Source: Myxococcota bacterium
GTDB taxonomy: Bacteria; Myxococcota; XYA12-FULL-58-9; JABJBS01
Assembly: GCA_036339465.1 (NCBI GenBank)
Contig: JAYZAY010000085.1
Location: forward strand, 64,001 to 128,000
Reading direction: 5' to 3'
DNA: 64,000 bases
Made by a program: the position numbers and the translations under genes
Notes under the pieces: model-generated
What the model was told of the DNA's origin: nothing
What the model saw: only the letters and a program-made list of their open reading frames with translations
The model's database searches: none
In this document: positions 59,547 to 64,000 of the stretch, piece by piece
Layout of the letters: each line of letters starts with the position of its first letter
How positions within the stretch are numbered: the first letter of the stretch is position 1

Positions 59547-61522
59547 GTTGCTACAACCCCCGTGTGCAGTGCATTAGATTTACGCCTGGGCCATAATGAG
59601 ATGAGGCTTCCCAGCATGATAATGGGCAAGCTCCACCAGATCCATGGGACCATGGGCATGATATAGGCCTTGACGACAACTCTCCGTCCTTGCTCTTCAA
59701 AGGCCAAGAGACTTAGGTAGATGTCCTGATTGCCGATCGTTCTCACGTGAGGGGTGCCAATGGGTTCTCGCTGACTTCTGTAATAATTTAGTTTGGGCTG
59801 CATAGCCCCGAGGGTTGAGTCCTGGTGGAAGACTTCGAAGGAAGCAAGAATTGAGAATTTTTCGGGATGAGACTCACCCACGGTTTCTTTATAAATGAAC
59901 GTATATTCTCCCAGCTGAAAGTCTTTGCCTGGGGTGAGCGATGCCTCGACCGACTCTTTCCAGGTTTTGTTGCCGGCGATGGCGGCCACAATTGCAATGA
60001 TAGCAAAGTGTACGATGTAGCCTCCGACCTTACGGCGGTGAGAGGCGAATGTTTTTTGAATGGAGGTGTGGAGTGGCTCAAGGTGTCTGGCGCGGCGACT
60101 ACGGACTAAATTGATGAGTTCTTGTGCGGTGACCGTGGCCGCAAATGTGCAAACCCCGAGGGCGAGCAATGTTGTGGTGGAGGTGGAGGGTTCTAAAAGA
60201 ATCGTCATGATGGCACCTAGGAGCCCGATACTGGCCGGCATAAGAAGCCCACGAATAACGTCCTTGGAGGAAGGTCGCCCCCAGGGAAGTACCGGGCCGA
60301 TCCCCATCAGGAAGACCATCAAGATACCAATGGGCGTGGCCATTTGATTGAAGTAGGGTTCTCCAACGCTTAGTTTTACGCCCTTTATCGCTTCGGTGAT
60401 CAACGGGTAAACGGTTCCAATTAGAACGGTGAATGTAAAGACGACGAAAATTAAGTTGTTGAGGAGAAAAGCACTTTCTCGACTTAGGGGAGACTCAATG
60501 GTGCCCTCGTCCTCGAGTAGATGAGAGCGCATGGCCAGTAGAGCCATGGAGAAGATTGCGGTTGTGGCAAGGAATCCTAGAAAGATTGGTCCAATGGAGG
60601 ATTGAGTAAAGGAGTGAACGGAATTAAACACGCCACTGCGCGTCATGAAGGTGCCGAGAATCGTCAGGAGAAACGCGCAGATAACTGAAGTAAGGGTCCA
60701 TACTTTAAGGATGCCTTTCCGCTCTTGAACCACAGTGGAGTGAAGGTAGCCTGTGGCTGCCAACCAGGGGAGGAATGAAGCATTTTCAACAGGGTCCCAC
60801 GCCCAGTAGCCGCCCCAACCAAGTACTTCATAGGCCCACCAGGCTCCCACAATGATTCCCAAGGTGAGAAAAGTCCAAGGAATCATTGTCCAATAGCGCA
60901 GAGGTTTTAGCCAACCCGAGGTGAGTTCTCCACGAAGTAAGGCTGCTATGGCGATTGAAAATGGAACACTCATTCCTACGTAGCCTAGATAGAGGAGGGG
61001 AGGGTGAACGACCATAAGGATGTGATTTTGCAGTAAGGGATTTGGGCCGGGGCCATCGAGTGGAATCGGGTCCATGATTTGAAAAGGGTTTGCCGGACCG
61101 GCAATGACAATGGCGAAAAATGCAGCATTCAAGAGTAAGACACCGTTGGCGTAGGGTACGAACTTGGGATATCTATTTTCGAGCTGCTTACAAAAACCAA
61201 CCATATAAAAGCCCAAAATAGCGCCCCAAAACAGAATTGAACCTTCCAGCGACGACCACAGTGAGACGACGCTAACCCAGGTGGGGACACTTCGGCTACC
61301 GACCTGCGCTACGTAGGAGACGCTAAAATCATCAACAAGAAGGGCTCGCACCATGACTAAATTAGCGAGTACCATGGTGGCCGCATAGCCGTATGCGCAC
61401 CATCGTCCCCATTTGGTACCCGTGGGGCTATTGTGACGCCCGGCACTAAAGCTTAGTATTGCCCCGGCTAAAGCCAGAGCAACACTGGATAAGATCAATG
61501 TGTTACCAGTGGTCGCGTGCAA
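59543..61522 (-). CDS. ccmF: heme lyase CcmF
   Basis: HPPLLYLGY, WAYEVLGWGGYWAWDPVENAS (WWD), SVHSF; TTG start. Confidence 0.96.
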   Translation of the reverse strand: MHATTGNTLILSSVALALAGAILSFSAGRHNSPTGTKWGRWCAYGYAATMVLANLVMVRALLVDDFSVSYVAQVGSRSVPTWVSVVSLWSSLEGSILFWGAILGFYMVGFCKQLENRYPKFVPYANGVLLLNAAFFAIVIAGPANPFQIMDPIPLDGPGPNPLLQNHILMVVHPPLLYLGYVGMSVPFSIAIAALLRGELTSGWLKPLRYWTMIPWTFLTLGIIVGAWWAYEVLGWGGYWAWDPVENASFLPWLAATGYLHSTVVQERKGILKVWTLTSVICAFLLTILGTFMTRSGVFNSVHSFTQSSIGPIFLGFLATTAIFSMALLAMRSHLLEDEGTIESPLSRESAFLLNNLIFVVFTFTVLIGTVYPLITEAIKGVKLSVGEPYFNQMATPIGILMVFLMGIGPVLPWGRPSSKDVIRGLLMPASIGLLGAIMTILLEPSTSTTTLLALGVCTFAATVTAQELINLVRSRRARHLEPLHTSIQKTFASHRRKVGGYIVHFAIIAIVAAIAGNKTWKESVEASLTPGKDFQLGEYTFIYKETVGESHPEKFSILASFEVFHQDSTLGAMQPKLNYYRSQREPIGTPHVRTIGNQDIYLSLLAFEEQGRRVVVKAYIMPMVPWIWWSLPIIMLGSLISLWPRRKSNALHTGVVAT

Positions 61523-61642
61523 GGTACTCTCCTTTTAGCCGGTGGCTGCTGTCGTTATTGAGGTGATGACGAAGCTAGCAATGGGCTCTTAATGGACTTT
61601 CTGCCTGGAGTGCGCAAGGGTTTCTCTTTAGGTAGAGTTTCA

Positions 61643-62318
61643 ATGAAGTTAATTACTTGCTGTATCTTTTCTCAAGGCCCCGTTATTGGGAAGAGCCAAG
61701 TCGCGACTCGCCGGAGATCCGGGAGAGGTTTGGGCCCGAGAATTGGGCGTGGCCTTTTATCGGGATGTTTTGGGCACCACCAGGCAAATGAAGAATATCC
61801 GGACAGTGATTACAACTGTATCGCCTGGAATTGACTGGATGAGTAGCCTTAAGGGTGGGAGATTTGAGAAGCAAGGTCTGGGGCGTTTGGGGCAGCGATT
61901 ACCAAGGGTGCTTAGCCGAGCTTTGAAGGATTCAACTTTTGCCATGGCTGTAGGAGCAGACAGCCGAGAGCTTAGAGTTGAGCATTTGATCATGAGTTTA
62001 AGATCCCGAGAAGATGTGGATGCGGTGGTTTCTCGGGTCCAGGATGATGGATACTGGCAGTTAGGAGATGGAGAGGGAGGGAATGTCGATCTTACTCGGG
62101 TGCCAATGGGGTCTCGGTATGCTTTCGAGGACACTGTGAAGACGATTAAACAGAGTGGTTTTTCGTAGGGTTTAGGGCCTGCGGGATTTGATATCGATAT
62201 CCCCGAGGATTTTTATCGATTAATTGAGCGTTTACGGCAAAATAAAAACCTCGCCCCTCGCCCTCGGCAGGTTTTATCGAAGGTGTCTGTCCGAGGACTC
62301 ATTGAATCAAGTATTTGA
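61643..62318 (+). pseudogene. DUF2064/TIGR04282-like nucleotidyl/glycosyltransferase pseudogene
   Basis: MKLITCCIF, then a 1-nt frameshift near T4 (61667-61670) into LKAPLLGRAKSRLA; an in-frame TAG at 62166-62168 is followed by GFDIDIPEDF up to TGA at 62316-62318. Confidence 0.8.
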
Positions 62319-62345
62319 TTAGCTGATATCAACTATGCTACCGCG

Positions 62346-63107
62346 GTGATCATGGAAAGTTTAAATGTTATTCCGGTTGTTCTCGCGCAAACCTCGCCTG
62401 TTCCGGTGATGGAGCTTGTGGCCTCCAAAGGGACTGAGTTAACTTTCTGGGGCGCAGTCACCAACGCGGGTTTCTTTGAGCAAGTGGTCATGTTGATTTT
62501 GGGTGGCTTTTCGGCGATTAGCTGGGCCATCATTATTTACAAGTACGCCATGATGCGGCGGGCGTTTAACCAATCCGAGAGTTTTCTGGATACATTTTGG
62601 TCATCAAAACGCCTCGACGTTATTTATCAAGAGTCAGAGGGCTTGGGTGAGAGCCCTGTTTCCCAGGTTTTCCGGGCCGGTTATATCGAATTAGCGAAAT
62701 TGAAGCGGAAGGAACAAGAGTCGGAAGTAGGGGATACCCAACTCGGTTCTATCGACAGCATCCATCGTTCTATGCGTCGAGCTGCATTGACAGAGCTGAC
62801 CCATTTGGAGTCTCTGGTCCCATTTCTAGGCACTACAGGCTCAACCTCCCCATTCATCGGTCTTTTAGGGACGGTGGTGGGAATTATGTCGGCGTTTCAA
62901 CAGATTGGTATGGATAAGAGCGCAGGCCTGGCTACGGTTGCTCCCGGTATTGGCGGAGCCTTGGTTGCGACTGCGTTTGGACTTGTGGCTGCCATTCCTG
63001 CTGTCATTGCTTACAACGATCTGCTTTCTCGAATTCGGGTTTTAGATGCAGAGATGGATAACTTTTCTGCAGATTTTCTCAATATCGTGAAGCGTCACTT
63101 CTTCTAG
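62346..63107 (+). CDS. tolQ: TolQ (MotA/TolQ/ExbB family)
   Basis: SPFIGLLGTVVGIM, VAPGI, ATAFGLVAAIPAV. Confidence 0.9.
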   Translation: MIMESLNVIPVVLAQTSPVPVMELVASKGTELTFWGAVTNAGFFEQVVMLILGGFSAISWAIIIYKYAMMRRAFNQSESFLDTFWSSKRLDVIYQESEGLGESPVSQVFRAGYIELAKLKRKEQESEVGDTQLGSIDSIHRSMRRAALTELTHLESLVPFLGTTGSTSPFIGLLGTVVGIMSAFQQIGMDKSAGLATVAPGIGGALVATAFGLVAAIPAVIAYNDLLSRIRVLDAEMDNFSADFLNIVKRHFF

Positions 63108-63123
63108 GTCGAGGAGAGAGATT

Positions 63124-63534
63124 ATGGGAATCATGGGTGGGCGGGGAGTTCCGGTTTCCGATATCAATGTAACGCCCTTGGTAGATGTTATGTTGGTTTT
63201 GATGATCATTTTTATGGTGACAGCCCCGCTTGTGCAGCAGGGGGTGGCAGTGGATCTGCCCGCGGCGGAGGCACAACCCATGGAGGCAGATTCTGAGAAA
63301 ATGGTACTTACTTTGACCAAAGATAAGCGGGTTTTTGTGGGAGATACCGAGATCCCTCTCGACGAACTTCGTCCCAAACTACTCCATAACCGTAAACTCA
63401 AATTAGATAAAGAAGTCTATCTCCATGCCGACCGGACTTTACCTTATGGTACCGTGGTAGATGTTATGGCGACTCTCAAGGAAGCTGGGGTTCAAACCTT
63501 GGGCATGGTGACCGATCCGTTGGGTGGAGATTAG
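63124..63534 (+). CDS. tolR: TolR (ExbD/TolR family)
   Basis: INVTPLVDVMLVLMIIFMVTAP, AD...YG.V. Confidence 0.92.
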   Translation: MGIMGGRGVPVSDINVTPLVDVMLVLMIIFMVTAPLVQQGVAVDLPAAEAQPMEADSEKMVLTLTKDKRVFVGDTEIPLDELRPKLLHNRKLKLDKEVYLHADRTLPYGTVVDVMATLKEAGVQTLGMVTDPLGGD

Positions 63535-63539
63535 ACCCT

Positions 63540-64000
63540 ATGGAGCGGGTACCAGTTTCAAGATTACTAAAGCGTTTTCGTGTTGTACTCGCTTTCTCCA
63601 TACTTACTCATGTGGTTATTATTGCTCTTTTTATGGCGATGTCTCATGGGCATTCTCCTTCTTTCGAATCGGAAGATGTTCTTATTACCAAATTAGTTCG
63701 GTTGGGAAAGAAGCGACCTGAGCATCTTCTGCCTCGACTTCAAAAGCCGAAACCGCCGGCCCCAAAATCGAAGAAATCCGACTCTGCACCCAAACCTTCG
63801 AAGGCAGCCGTAGAAAAGGTTAGGCCCACGCCAAAAATTCCGGTGAAATCGCCAATTTCAACCAAGAAGCACGCAAAGCAATCCTCCAAACAGCCGGTGA
63901 AAACAATGTCGGCTCTGGAAAGACTAAAGAAGGAAGCTCATCTTGGAAATGCACTGGATCGATTGCGAAATAAAACCAGGTCTGCTTCCGGTCAAGAGCC
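63540..64000 (+). CDS. tolA: TolA/TonB-family protein, N-terminal part (runs off the window)
   Basis: Translated by hand: MERVP...AFSILTHVVIIALF (S-x3-H TM motif), then KLVRLGK and a Lys/Pro-rich linker; follows tolQR. Confidence 0.8.
   Translation, partial: MERVPVSRLLKRFRVVLAFSILTHVVIIALFMAMSHGHSPSFESEDVLITKLVRLGKKRPEHLLPRLQKPKPPAPKSKKSDSAPKPSKAAVEKVRPTPKIPVKSPISTKKHAKQSSKQPVKTMSALERLKKEAHLGNALDRLRNKTRSASGQE

Noticed and set aside
57595..61522. Incomplete Ccm system as a novelty
   Set aside because: ccmABCDE are commonly encoded at a separate locus; this cannot be judged from the window.
62166..62168. Pyrrolysine or amber readthrough
   Set aside because: The same gene carries a frameshift and eroded motifs, and TAG is used as a normal stop elsewhere in the window (e.g. 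lexA, tolQ).

Overview
A 64-kb chromosomal segment made up mostly of housekeeping genes. It probably comes from a moderate-GC Myxococcota-like deltaproteobacterium. This is an inference from the Myxococcus-type PilZ, FHA-DUF4388, PrkA, ECF sigma and TolA proteins and the Myxococcus-like LexA boxes; GC looks close to 50% by eye. Gene content in order: a tandem ArsA/GET3-like ATPase pair, lexA, an ECF sigma factor, an orphan NarL-type regulator, typA, gyrA, E2-lipB-lipA, gatCAB, uvrD/pcrA, radA, ppiD, orn, moaD-like + moeB/moeZ, hrcA-grpE-dnaK-dnaJ, clpX, ppx, prkA, bamD, upp-hpt, hflKC, ilvE, ugd-uxs, lpxL, ccmFGHI and tolQRA. I saw no tRNA, rRNA, CRISPR array, integrase or transposase. The best unexplained signals are: (1) a highly structured ~190-nt intergenic RNA candidate with twin GGGG loops at ~5175-5360; (2) an 18-unit composite tandem array between a phasin-like ORF and lexA; (3) a 51-aa basic ORF missing from the ORF track (53101-53256); (4) a decaying DUF2064 pseudogene with a frameshift and an in-frame TAG; (5) a 783-aa protein with three cryptic LysM-like modules; and (6) a membrane protein with a secretin-N0-like tail. 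All family assignments come from motif recognition, not database searches.
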